Source of the DNA: Bacteroidales bacterium UBA1769
Lineage (GTDB): Bacteria > Bacteroidota > Bacteroidia > Bacteroidales > UBA932
Assembly: GCA_002314725.1 (NCBI GenBank)
Contig: DCGV01000093.1
Span: 5,144 to 64,351, forward strand
Direction of reading: 5' to 3'
Length of the DNA: 59,208 nucleotides
In this document: piece by piece, positions 42,963 through 52,483 of the stretch
Layout of the letters: the number at the start of each line of letters is the position of its first letter
Position numbering within the stretch: the first letter of the stretch is position 1
Notes under the pieces: generated by a model
The model's input: the letters and a program-made list of their open reading frames with translations, nothing else
Told to the model about the DNA's origin: nothing
Databases searched by the model: none
Program-made: the position numbers and the translations under genes

Positions 42963-43055
42963 CTACCTTGGCATACGTACGGCCAAATGAAATAATACCC
43001 CCACCGGGGTGGTGGTTGTGACAGTGAATGTTGTATGTAGTAGGTATGATTTCAT
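42963..43055 (-). CDS. candidate Thr-rich leader peptide of the thrBC operon (MKSYLLHTTFTVTTTTPVGVLFHLAVRMPR)
   Basis: Hand translation of the minus strand gives ATG at 43055-43053 and TAG at 42965-42963. Seven of codons 8-16 are Thr. The ORF is too short for the ORF track. Confidence 0.55.
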   Translation of the reverse strand: MKSYLLHTTFTVTTTTPVGVLFHLAVRMPR

Positions 43056-43064
43056 TGCTGACTG

Positions 43065-43072
43065 CAAATCTA
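43065..43072 (-). promoter_or_regulatory. -7 promoter box (TAGATTTG on the minus strand) about 10 nt upstream of the leader-peptide ATG
   Basis: The plus strand reads caaatcta, whose reverse complement is an exact TAnnTTTG match. Confidence 0.45.
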
Positions 43073-43220
43073 CAATAAAAAATTAATTATAATATAATTA
43101 TTATCTTAAAAATTGAAACCAAGTAAAATTACACATCCAGATATTGTAAATTGAAATTTTATTATTAACTTTACAAAAATAATGTGTATAGAATAATAAT
43201 TTATAACAAATATCCACAAA

Positions 43221-45044
43221 ATGAAAACTTTCGTTAAACATTTTTCATTAATTCTTTGTTTATTCATACTACTGACTGGGTGTGTATCACTCGACAATCA
43301 GTCGAAAATGAACAAATCATTCGCCGAAATGATTTTGGGCGAGGATCATAGTAGCCGAGCTAATTTCCTTAACGAATCCGGCAAATATTCTACTGATGTC
43401 CCTAAACTTAGTATTGATGATAAAGGCGGAGAACTGGAAATTTCTTTCAAGACAAGTTACAAATGGTCAGCCAGTGTTGCAAATACCGGCACTGACTGGG
43501 TAACTATTTCACAGCCAAGCGGTTATGCAGGCAATGCAACCATCAAAGTAACTGTTACTAAAAATAAAAGTACTGAAGAACGTTCCACTGTCATCAATAT
43601 CAAAACAGGAGACTACACTTACCACCTGAAAGTTACACAAAAGGCAGGATTCCCATATCTATGTTTAACTGCTGTTGAACCTGGCACTATTGTATATTTG
43701 AAACCTAATAAAGATCATTTTGAATTATCATTATTATACTCTACTGATGCAGAGCAATGGGAAAAATTTGATATTGACAATACTAAAATCACTTTAGATG
43801 CTGAGGGTGACAGAGTATTTTTCAAAGCAGACAAACCAAATACTAGATTCGCTATTGATTGGTCAAATTATTACTCATTTACAACTCAGAATGGTATGGT
43901 TGATGTCAGCGGTAACATTATGTACTTGCTAGACGGCTCAAATCCAGGAACAGTGTTAACTGAAGCGAATGATTATGCGTTTGTCAGCTTATTCGAAGAA
44001 ATGAACATTAGAGATGCCAAGGATCTAATCCTTCCAGCGACAAGTCTATCTTATAGCTGTTACAATAGTATGTTCTATAACTGTTACTCATTAAGAAGCG
44101 CTCCTGAACTTCCTGCAACTCAACTAACGCCTTATTGTTATCAAAATATGTTTATTAATACAAGAATCGAAACCGCACCTGAACTTCCTGCATTGGTTGC
44201 CGTTGAAGGCTGTTATGATATGATGTTCGAGTATTGTTCATCACTTAAAATAGCACCAGAATTACCAGCTTTGCAACTTGAGAAATGGTGCTATGAATAT
44301 ATGTTCGAAGGATGCACTTCTCTTACTCAGGCACCTAAGCAACTTCCTGCTACACAATTGGCAAAAGGCTGCTATGAACACATGTTCCAAGGATGTACTT
44401 CTCTCACTCAAGCACCTGAACTTCCTGCTACACAATTAGCAAATAGCTGTTATTCATCCATGTTCCAAGGATGTACTTCGCTCACTCAAGCACCTGAACT
44501 TCCTGCATTGCAACTTGAGAATTGGTGCTATTATTATATGTTTTATGGTTGTACGTCTCTTACTCAAGCACCTGCGCTCCCTGCTACCATTCTTGGAACT
44601 CATTGCTATCGTTTCATGTTCTATGGCTGTACTTCTCTTACTCAAGCACCTGCGCTTCCTGCTACTAATTTAAAAGAACAATGTTATCAAAATATGTTCA
44701 ACGGATGTACTTCTCTTACCAAAGCACCTGATCTTCCTGCTACACAATTGTCAGTAGCCTGCTATGAGTATATGTTCGAAGGATGCACCTCCCTTATCAA
44801 AGCGCCTGTTCTTCCAGCTACGAAATTACTATTCGATGGATACTGTTATCATAACATGTTTAACAATTGCATCTCGCTTAATAGTATAACAGTACTGGCG
44901 ATCGATATAGTTGATAGAACTAACTTAAATGGTTTCCTTTCAGGTTGCGCAACTACAGGTACACTTGCATACAATCCTAACACAAACATCAATTGGATCG
45001 ATTATGTACCTTCCGGATGGAATATCGTATCAGCGCCGCTATAG
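43221..45044 (+). CDS. surface lipoprotein: BACON-like domain plus ~11 tandem Cys-containing leucine-rich-type repeats (BspA/TpLRR-like)
   Basis: Lipoprotein signal ...LLTGC. BACON-like segment (KWSASVANTGTDWVTISQPSGYAGNATIKVTVTKN...LKVTQ). This is followed by repeats of consensus LPAxQLxxxCYxxMFxGCTSLTQAPE. Confidence 0.85.
   Translation: MKTFVKHFSLILCLFILLTGCVSLDNQSKMNKSFAEMILGEDHSSRANFLNESGKYSTDVPKLSIDDKGGELEISFKTSYKWSASVANTGTDWVTISQPSGYAGNATIKVTVTKNKSTEERSTVINIKTGDYTYHLKVTQKAGFPYLCLTAVEPGTIVYLKPNKDHFELSLLYSTDAEQWEKFDIDNTKITLDAEGDRVFFKADKPNTRFAIDWSNYYSFTTQNGMVDVSGNIMYLLDGSNPGTVLTEANDYAFVSLFEEMNIRDAKDLILPATSLSYSCYNSMFYNCYSLRSAPELPATQLTPYCYQNMFINTRIETAPELPALVAVEGCYDMMFEYCSSLKIAPELPALQLEKWCYEYMFEGCTSLTQAPKQLPATQLAKGCYEHMFQGCTSLTQAPELPATQLANSCYSSMFQGCTSLTQAPELPALQLENWCYYYMFYGCTSLTQAPALPATILGTHCYRFMFYGCTSLTQAPALPATNLKEQCYQNMFNGCTSLTKAPDLPATQLSVACYEYMFEGCTSLIKAPVLPATKLLFDGYCYHNMFNNCISLNSITVLAIDIVDRTNLNGFLSGCATTGTLAYNPNTNINWIDYVPSGWNIVSAPL
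44031..44897 (+). repeat. intragenic tandem repeats, ~78-nt (26-codon) period, ~11 units
   Basis: Repeat units read directly from the translation. Central units share long near-identical DNA tracts, for example ggatgtacttc(t/g)ctcactcaagcacctgaacttcctgc at ~44390 and ~44468. Confidence 0.85.
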
Positions 45045-45067
45045 TACATTATAACAATATTAAACAA

Positions 45068-45104
45068 GAGAGGGTGAAAGTCATTTTTCATCCTCTCGTT
45101 TTTT
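45068..45104 (+). terminator. rho-independent terminator of the LRR lipoprotein gene
   Basis: 12-bp stem gagagggtgaaa / tttcatcctctc with one G-U pair, a 6-nt loop and then gtttttt. Confidence 0.7.
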
Positions 45105-45161
45105 ATAATAAGTTGTTAATAATTTTTCATTAAAGTACATTGAATTATCAATTCAATATAC

Positions 45162-45169
45162 TATTTTTG
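45162..45169 (+). promoter_or_regulatory. -7 promoter box TATTTTTG upstream of carA
   Basis: Exact TAnnTTTG match about 20 nt upstream of the ATG at 45190. Confidence 0.4.
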
Positions 45170-45189
45170 CAGGGTTAAAAATAGATGCA

Positions 45190-46248
45190 ATGCAATCTTT
45201 CGACAAAACATTTTCCACACTTCAATTAGAGAACGGCCTTGAATTTCAGGGCTTTTTGTTTGGTTATACGGCACCTGCCGAAGGTGAAGTCGTATTCTCA
45301 ACAATCATGTCAGGGTATCCTGAAGCACTTACAGATCCATCTTACAGTGGACAGATCCTTTGTATCACCTATCCGTTGATTGGGAATTATGGAGTACCCG
45401 CAATTGATGACAAGATTCATATCCGTGGTTTAATTGTAACAGATTACTCATTTGACTATAGTCACTGGAGAGCAGTTAAAAGTTTGGACCAATGGTTGAA
45501 AGAGCAAAAGATACCAGCTATTTATGGGGTTGACACACGTCAGATAACCAAAGTGCTTCGCGATAGCGGATCGATGTTGGGACGAATTATACCAAACGGT
45601 AAAGAGATGCCATGGGATGTTGATAATCCACAAAGCGAAAACCTCGTCGATGTTGTCAGTTGCAAGGAAGTATCTCATTATGGCTCTTCTAAAAAGAGAG
45701 TTGTACTTTTGGATTGTGGAGTTAGACCTGGTGTAATTGAAGCATTCACTCAAAGAGGCATCGAGGTCATCAGAGTTCCATGGAATTACGATTTCAATGA
45801 TGGTTCTATTGGGCAATACAACGGATTGCTTATATCTAACGGTCCTGGCGATCCTGACCAGTGCGACAATGCTGTCAAGAACATTAAAAGAGCAATGGAG
45901 CTAAACAAACCTATTTATGGGTTGTGTCTGGGTAATGCTTTGCTTGCCAAAGCTGCCGGCGGTAGAACATATAAGCTGAAATGCGGCCACCACTCTGCCA
46001 ATCAGCCTGTCTCAATGTATTCAAGCAAGAGATGCTATATCACATCTCAAGTTCATGACTACGCAGTAGATTTCTCTACATTGAATTCAGCTGAATGGGA
46101 CGAGTATTTTACCAATATGAATGATGGAACTTGTGAAGGTATCATCCATAAGACAAAACCTTTCTTTGGGACACACTTCTATCCAGAGTTTAATGGTAAC
46201 CCTGATGATACTGCATTTTTGTTTGACAAATTCATTTCGATGCTATGA
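45190..46248 (+). CDS. carA: carbamoyl-phosphate synthase small subunit (glutamine amidotransferase-like; triad His position substituted)
   Basis: N-terminal CPSase small-chain domain (FNTSMTGYQE-like STIMSGYPEALTDPSY). GATase domain has GLCLGNALL (Cys present) but FYPE where the family has HPE. Confidence 0.88.
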   Translation: MQSFDKTFSTLQLENGLEFQGFLFGYTAPAEGEVVFSTIMSGYPEALTDPSYSGQILCITYPLIGNYGVPAIDDKIHIRGLIVTDYSFDYSHWRAVKSLDQWLKEQKIPAIYGVDTRQITKVLRDSGSMLGRIIPNGKEMPWDVDNPQSENLVDVVSCKEVSHYGSSKKRVVLLDCGVRPGVIEAFTQRGIEVIRVPWNYDFNDGSIGQYNGLLISNGPGDPDQCDNAVKNIKRAMELNKPIYGLCLGNALLAKAAGGRTYKLKCGHHSANQPVSMYSSKRCYITSQVHDYAVDFSTLNSAEWDEYFTNMNDGTCEGIIHKTKPFFGTHFYPEFNGNPDDTAFLFDKFISML

Positions 46249-49200
46249 TTGACAATTCTATGAAAAAAGTCCTAATATTAGGTTCCGGCGCATTGAAAAT
46301 CGGTGAAGCCGGTGAGTTTGATTACTCTGGTTCCCAAGCTATCAAAGCTATGCGGGAAGAGGGCATCAAGACTGTCCTTATCAATCCTAACATCGCTACC
46401 GTACAGACATCTGAAGGTGTTGCAGACAAAATTTACTTTTTGCCGGTCACACCATATTTTGTTGAAAAAGTTATAAAGAAAGAGGATCCTCAAGGTATCC
46501 TTTTGGCTTTCGGTGGACAGACAGCCCTGAATTGCGGCGTCAAACTCTATGAAACTGGAATTCTTGAAAAATACAAATTACAAGTACTTGGTACACCTGT
46601 TCAGACTATCATCAATACTGAAGACAGAGAGCTCTTTATTGAGCAGATGGATCAGATTAATGTAAAATGCATCAAATCACATGCTGTTGAAACGATTGAG
46701 CAGGCTCGTGAAGCTGCAGCAGAATTGGGTTATCCTGTTATCCTCCGTGCAGCATATGCACTAGGCGGTCTCGGAAGCGGTTTCTGTGACAATGAAGAGG
46801 AACTTAATGTCTTAGCTGAGAAATCATTCTCATATTCACCTCAAGTCCTTGTAGAAAAATCGCTTAAAGGTTGGAAGGAGATTGAATTTGAGGTTGTAAG
46901 AGACAAATATAACAACTGTATTACAGTTGCGAACATGGAGAATTTCGACCCTCTAGGAATACATACTGGAGAGAGTATAGTAGTTGCTCCATGCCAGAGT
47001 TTGGATAGTTCAGATATTGCCAAATTGAGTGAATTGGCCAAGAGAATCGTAAGACATATCGGCATCATCGGCGAGTGTAACGTCCAATTTGCATTTGACA
47101 CAGTATCTGACGATTATAGAGTGATTGAGGTGAATGCACGTCTGTCAAGATCTTCCGCATTGGCTTCTAAAGCAACAGGTTACCCTCTTGCTTTCGTCGC
47201 TGCCAAAATCGGTCTTGGTTTCGGTCTTGCAGAGCTGAAGAATGGTGTTACCAAGACAACATCTGCATTCTTTGAACCTGCGCTTGATTATGTAATATGT
47301 AAGATTCCTCGTTGGGACCTCTCTAAATTCCATGGTGTTTCACGTGAGATTGGAAGTAGCATGAAGTCTGTAGGTGAGGTTATGGCTATCGGACGTACAT
47401 TCGAAGAGACTATTCAGAAAGGCCTTCGTATGATTGGCCAAGGCGCGCACGGATTCGTCGGTAATAAAGAGATTGTTGTGAATGACATTGACAAAGCTCT
47501 TCACGACCCTACTGACAATAGAATATTCGTAATCTCGAAAGCTCTCCAAAAAGGATATACAGTTGAAGAGGTGTGCAATCTTACCAAGATTGACAAATGG
47601 TTCATAGACAAACTCAACAATATTGTTGAGATGTCAAAGGAACTGAGCAAATATGACGAACTTGAAGAACTTCCTGACGGCTTGCTAAAACAAGCGAAGC
47701 AAATGGGATTTTCAGATTTCCAGATAGCAAGATTTGTATTCAAGGAGAAATACGATACAGAAGATGGAGTAAACATTGTTCGCGCATACAGAAAGAAGAC
47801 AGGTATCGTTCCTTATGTTAAACAGATAGATACACTTGCTGCTGAAGTACCGGCACAAACAAATTATCTATACCTTACATATAACGGCTGCTGTCACGAT
47901 ATCGACTATGAGAAAGATGGCAAATCAGTGATTGTTCTTGGTTCCGGAGCATATCGCATCGGTAGTTCAGTAGAATTTGACTGGTGTAGTGTAAACGCGC
48001 TCCAGACCATTAGAAATCTTGGTTGGAGAGGTATTATGATCAACTACAATCCAGAAACCGTATCAACTGACTATGATATGTGCGACAGATTGTATTTCGA
48101 CGAGTTGACATACGAGAGAGTAATGGATATCCACGATCTTGAGACACCACATGGTATGGTTGTTTCAGTAGGTGGACAGATCCCTAACAACCTTGCAATG
48201 AGACTTGATGCTTCTGGTGTAAAACTTCTGGGAACAACTGCAAAGAGCATTGACAATGCTGAAGATCGCAACAAATTCTCAGAGATGCTTGACTCAATCG
48301 GCGTTGACCAGCCAAGATGGAAAGAGCTTACTACGCTAGATGAGATTGACGCATTTGTTGATGAAGTCGGATTCCCAGTATTGGTGAGACCATCATACGT
48401 ACTTTCTGGTGCAGCAATGAACGTTTGTTCAAACAAGAGCGAACTTGAAGAGTTCCTTAAACTTGCAGCTGAAGTATCTCAGAAACACCCAGTTGTAGTA
48501 AGTCAATTCATTCAGCACTCTAAAGAGATAGAATTTGACGCAGTTGCCTCTAAGGGTGAGATTATCGCCTACGCTATCTCTGAGCATATTGAATTTGCCG
48601 GTGTACACTCAGGTGACGCTACAATACAATTCCCACCTCAGAAGATTTATGTGGAGACAGCTCGAAGAATAAAGAAAATCTCACGTAAAATTGCTGAAGC
48701 ATTGAATATCAGCGGTCCATTCAATATCCAATTCCTTGCAAAAGAGAATGATATCAAGGTTATCGAGTGTAACCTGCGTGCCTCTCGAAGCTTCCCATTC
48801 GTTTCCAAGGTATTGAAGATTAACCTTATCGAATTGGCTACAAAGATTATGATGGGTCTTGAAGTTGAAAAACCAGCGAAGAGTGCATTCGACCTAGACT
48901 ATATCGGTGTGAAAGCTTCACAATTCTCATTCTCAAGACTTCAAAAAGCCGACCCTGTTCTTGGTGTGGATATGTCATCTACAGGTGAGGTTGGTTGCCT
49001 AGGTGACAATATGGACGAAGCTGTCCTTAAGTCAATGCTATCAGTCGGATACAACGTTCCAAAACAGAATGTATTAATGTCAACAGGCGATGCTAAGCAG
49101 AAGGTAGAGATGTTGAATGCAGCCAAGATGCTAGTAGATAATGGATACACTATCTATGCTACAAAAGGTACATACTCATTCTTGAAAGAGAACAATATTG

Positions 49201-49472
49201 AGGCCACTAGAGTTTTGTGGCCTGATGAGACAGGAACCGAGCGAAGCGCTCTTGAGATGATTCAGAACAAGGAGATAGACATGGTTGTCAATATACCTAA
49301 GAATCTTTCTAAAGGCGAGTTGTCAAATGGTTATAAGATCCGTCGTGCAGCCATCGACTTCAATATTCCTCTGATCACGAACAGCAGACTTGCCACAGCA
49401 TTCATTATATCATTCTGCAAACTCCCTGTCGATCAGATTAATATAAAGAGTTGGGATGAGTATTACTCGTAA
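46245..49472 (+). CDS. carB: carbamoyl-phosphate synthase large subunit
   Basis: 1075 aa. ATGA-type overlap with carA. Duplicated ATP-grasp halves and an MGS-like C-terminal domain. Confidence 0.96.
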   Translation: MIDNSMKKVLILGSGALKIGEAGEFDYSGSQAIKAMREEGIKTVLINPNIATVQTSEGVADKIYFLPVTPYFVEKVIKKEDPQGILLAFGGQTALNCGVKLYETGILEKYKLQVLGTPVQTIINTEDRELFIEQMDQINVKCIKSHAVETIEQAREAAAELGYPVILRAAYALGGLGSGFCDNEEELNVLAEKSFSYSPQVLVEKSLKGWKEIEFEVVRDKYNNCITVANMENFDPLGIHTGESIVVAPCQSLDSSDIAKLSELAKRIVRHIGIIGECNVQFAFDTVSDDYRVIEVNARLSRSSALASKATGYPLAFVAAKIGLGFGLAELKNGVTKTTSAFFEPALDYVICKIPRWDLSKFHGVSREIGSSMKSVGEVMAIGRTFEETIQKGLRMIGQGAHGFVGNKEIVVNDIDKALHDPTDNRIFVISKALQKGYTVEEVCNLTKIDKWFIDKLNNIVEMSKELSKYDELEELPDGLLKQAKQMGFSDFQIARFVFKEKYDTEDGVNIVRAYRKKTGIVPYVKQIDTLAAEVPAQTNYLYLTYNGCCHDIDYEKDGKSVIVLGSGAYRIGSSVEFDWCSVNALQTIRNLGWRGIMINYNPETVSTDYDMCDRLYFDELTYERVMDIHDLETPHGMVVSVGGQIPNNLAMRLDASGVKLLGTTAKSIDNAEDRNKFSEMLDSIGVDQPRWKELTTLDEIDAFVDEVGFPVLVRPSYVLSGAAMNVCSNKSELEEFLKLAAEVSQKHPVVVSQFIQHSKEIEFDAVASKGEIIAYAISEHIEFAGVHSGDATIQFPPQKIYVETARRIKKISRKIAEALNISGPFNIQFLAKENDIKVIECNLRASRSFPFVSKVLKINLIELATKIMMGLEVEKPAKSAFDLDYIGVKASQFSFSRLQKADPVLGVDMSSTGEVGCLGDNMDEAVLKSMLSVGYNVPKQNVLMSTGDAKQKVEMLNAAKMLVDNGYTIYATKGTYSFLKENNIEATRVLWPDETGTERSALEMIQNKEIDMVVNIPKNLSKGELSNGYKIRRAAIDFNIPLITNSRLATAFIISFCKLPVDQINIKSWDEYYS

Positions 49473-49475
49473 AAT

Positions 49476-50414
49476 ATGATTTCTTCCATCATATTGTTCA
49501 TAGTTGGAATCGTAATGATTTTGAAAGGCGCCGACCTGTTGGTTGACGCCTCTTCAAATATTGCCCGTAGGTTGAAACTCTCTGAATTCATTATCGGAGT
49601 TACAATAGTTGGAATTGGGACTTCAATGCCTGAACTCACTGTCAGCGTTTTCGGAGCAATTGAAGGAAATGCAGATATCGCCATAGGCAATGTCACAGGA
49701 TCAAATATTTGTAATATACTTCTGATTCTCGGTGTAACTGCCGTAATTGCTCCTGTCGAACTGAGCAGATCGAATATCAGGAAGGATATCCCTATGGGAA
49801 TCATGGCTTCATTGCTGCTTCTCATATGTGCAATCAACAGATCAGAGATGTTAATCACACCATACGAAGGTGTATTCTTCCTTATTTGTTTTGGAGCATA
49901 TCTATATAATATGTTCAGCCAAGGAACCAATGACAGTACAACTGTTGAAATGCCTACCGGCAAACTCTCAAAAGATATCCTACTTGTCATTGTTGGACTT
50001 GTTTCATTGATAGTTGGAGGCAAGATCTTCGTCGGGTCAGCGACTGAACTCGCTCTGGCAGTTGGGGTATCAGATTCAGTAATCGCAGTCACACTAGTTG
50101 CTTTCGGCACCTCTCTACCAGAACTTGCTACAAGTGCAATCGCCGCCGCCAAGCATAAAGGGCAGTTGGCATTGGGCAATGTAATCGGATCTAATATTGC
50201 CAATATTTTCCTAATTCTTGGAGTAAGTTCTTGCATAACTCCAATTCATATCAGCGAAGGTATCTCATTCATAAGTATCTTTATTGCACTTGGTACCTCA
50301 GTACTTCTTTTCCTTCCTGTTTTAACAAATAAGAAGAGGACAATGGGCAGAGTGGAAGGTATTATTTTCCTTCTCTGTTATATTGCATACATTTATATTT
50401 CATTGATTATTTAA
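49476..50414 (+). CDS. Ca2+/Na+ antiporter (CaCA family, YrbG-like)
   Basis: Two alpha-repeat signatures GTSMPEL and GTSLPELATS. 10-TM-like hydrophobic profile. Confidence 0.88.
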   Translation: MISSIILFIVGIVMILKGADLLVDASSNIARRLKLSEFIIGVTIVGIGTSMPELTVSVFGAIEGNADIAIGNVTGSNICNILLILGVTAVIAPVELSRSNIRKDIPMGIMASLLLLICAINRSEMLITPYEGVFFLICFGAYLYNMFSQGTNDSTTVEMPTGKLSKDILLVIVGLVSLIVGGKIFVGSATELALAVGVSDSVIAVTLVAFGTSLPELATSAIAAAKHKGQLALGNVIGSNIANIFLILGVSSCITPIHISEGISFISIFIALGTSVLLFLPVLTNKKRTMGRVEGIIFLLCYIAYIYISLII

Positions 50415-50429
50415 TATCAATTCATATTT

Positions 50430-52469
50430 ATGAAACGCATTTTCACTATACTAGTCACAGTAACAATGGCCGTTTATGCCACAGCACAGCCAGGCATATT
50501 CGCCACTCACCCTGCAAATAATCCGAAAGGCAAGATTCTGACACCTACGGCATCAGAGTGGGAGTCGTCAAAACTGAATCCAACATCACCAGCCATCTCA
50601 TTCGTAGATAACCGAAATATTACCTATGTAATAGATGGGAAGAGATATATTATGACTATCAAGGGTACTGTCTCTGATTACAATGATTATGTCCAACCGA
50701 AAAGCAATCCACTGATGCAACAATTGCCTGCCGGTGTCAGTGACGTTCAATCATCTTCGAATGGAGATATTGCCTACTCTATCAATGGCAGTTTATTCTA
50801 TTTGGACAAAGATGGTATAACACATAATGTCGCAATCAGTGAGTCTGACGGTATTGTGTATGGTGAGACTGTAAGCCGTAATGAATTTGCCATAGATGGT
50901 GGCATCTTCTGGAGTCCTGACGGCAGTAAGTTGGCCTTTTACCGTAAAGATGAATCAAAAGTTGACCTATTCCCTCTTCTAGACATAAACTCCAGAACAG
51001 GTTCCTTGAAAGCCATCAGATACCCTATGGCCGGAATGAACTCTGAAAGAATCTCACTAGGTATTTACGATTTACAGAGCAAAACAACCACATATCTAGA
51101 TGTAAAAGATTTCGATGATGACAGATATCTGACTTGTATTACATGGAGTCCAGATTGTTCAAAGATCTATGTCCAAGTACTCGACCGTCCACAGGATAAC
51201 ATCCATCTTAACTATTACGACACAGCTTCAGGTAAAGAATTGGGACAAGTCCTGACTGAACACAACGGCAAATGGGTTGAACCTATTTCTCAATTGTCTT
51301 TTGTCAAAGGTTCATCAAGTGAATTCATATACTCTTCAGACAACCGAGATGGATATAAGAGCCTTTACCTATGCAACGATAATGGCATTATCAAACGATT
51401 GACAGACGTTGATGCAGATGTAGAATATATTGGAAACAATGGAAAAGAGCTTTTTTATTACTCATATGAAGTATCTCCTGTAGAACGCCACCTGTTCAAA
51501 ACAAATATAAAGAGCGGCAAGAAACAACAGCTTTCTCAGGGAGAAGGTGTTCATACTGTAAGATTCAGCGATGATCTTTCATCTTTCATTGACACATATT
51601 CATCTATCAACAATCCTAAGAGTATCTACTACCGCAACAGTGATGGAACAAAGAGCACACTTGTATTTCAAGCAGAAAATCCTACGCAGGATTATGCTTA
51701 CACTGAATTGTCTCTAGGGAAAATAAAAAGCGCTGATGGCAAATATGACAACTATTACAGAATTATTAAACCTTTGAATTTCAATCCATTAAAGAAATAT
51801 CCAGCCATATTGTATGTATATGGAGGTCCCCATAATCAGATGATCAGTAATTCTTGGTACGGGCAGTTGAGACGATGGGAAATGGTTATGGCAATGAAGG
51901 GATATGTAGTATTTGTTATGGATAATAGAGGCACGCCTCATAGAGGTACAGAGTATGAGAAGGCAATCCATGGAGAATGCGGACAAGCAGAAATGGCGGA
52001 CCAAATGGAGGGAGTGAAGATGTTGATGAATCTTCCATATGTTGATTCAAACAAGATTGGCGTCCACGGATGGAGTTATGGCGGATTTATGACCATTTCA
52101 CTTATGACAAATTATCCTGACATATTTAAGGTAGGAGTAGCAGGCGGTCCTGTCATCGATTGGAAATGGTATGAAGTAATGTACGGCGAGCGATATATGG
52201 AAACCCCTCAAAGGAATCCTGATGGATTTGAAAAGACCTCTCTAATAAACAAGGCAAAAGATCTAAAAGGGCAACTTCTTATCATCCAAGGGGGCATTGA
52301 CAATACAGTAGTCCCACTTCATGCCTCCAGCTTCGTTCAAGAGTGTATCAAGAACAACATTCCTGTTGATTACTTCACCTATCCGGTTTCAGAGCACAAT
52401 GTCCAAGGCCGTGACAGAGCTCATCTTACTGAGAAGATTACGGAGTACTTCGAAAAGAACTTACGGTAG
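50430..52469 (+). CDS. S9B dipeptidyl-peptidase IV family serine peptidase
   Basis: Signal peptide. DPPIV N-terminal propeller motif (WSPDGSKLAFYR). Catalytic GWSYGG, with the acid and His regions in the C-terminus. Confidence 0.88.
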   Translation: MKRIFTILVTVTMAVYATAQPGIFATHPANNPKGKILTPTASEWESSKLNPTSPAISFVDNRNITYVIDGKRYIMTIKGTVSDYNDYVQPKSNPLMQQLPAGVSDVQSSSNGDIAYSINGSLFYLDKDGITHNVAISESDGIVYGETVSRNEFAIDGGIFWSPDGSKLAFYRKDESKVDLFPLLDINSRTGSLKAIRYPMAGMNSERISLGIYDLQSKTTTYLDVKDFDDDRYLTCITWSPDCSKIYVQVLDRPQDNIHLNYYDTASGKELGQVLTEHNGKWVEPISQLSFVKGSSSEFIYSSDNRDGYKSLYLCNDNGIIKRLTDVDADVEYIGNNGKELFYYSYEVSPVERHLFKTNIKSGKKQQLSQGEGVHTVRFSDDLSSFIDTYSSINNPKSIYYRNSDGTKSTLVFQAENPTQDYAYTELSLGKIKSADGKYDNYYRIIKPLNFNPLKKYPAILYVYGGPHNQMISNSWYGQLRRWEMVMAMKGYVVFVMDNRGTPHRGTEYEKAIHGECGQAEMADQMEGVKMLMNLPYVDSNKIGVHGWSYGGFMTISLMTNYPDIFKVGVAGGPVIDWKWYEVMYGERYMETPQRNPDGFEKTSLINKAKDLKGQLLIIQGGIDNTVVPLHASSFVQECIKNNIPVDYFTYPVSEHNVQGRDRAHLTEKITEYFEKNLR

Positions 52470-52480
52470 TTGAGAGAGAC
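52468..52480 (+). repeat. 13-nt direct repeat AGTTGAGAGAGAC (second copy at 52600-52612)
   Basis: Identical 13-mers bracket hairpin A copy 2 plus the left heptamer array. Confidence 0.8.
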
Positions 52481-52483
52481 TAC

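Noticed and set aside
45185-45229. 14-codon upstream ORF (MQCNLSTKHFPHFN) overlapping the carA start, considered as a pyrimidine/arginine leader peptide
   Set aside because: It has no run of regulatory codons (Arg, for example), no associated terminator hairpin, and it overlaps the carA ATG out of frame. It is most likely fortuitous.
49463-50236. 257-aa minus-strand ORF fully embedded opposite the Ca2+/Na+ antiporter gene
   Set aside because: The plus-strand frame carries two canonical CaCA alpha-repeat signatures (GTSMPEL, GTSLPEL) and a clean TM profile. The minus-strand product is Ser/Thr/Pro/Ile-rich low-complexity sequence typical of the antisense reading of a membrane-protein gene. It also has no promoter or independent start context.
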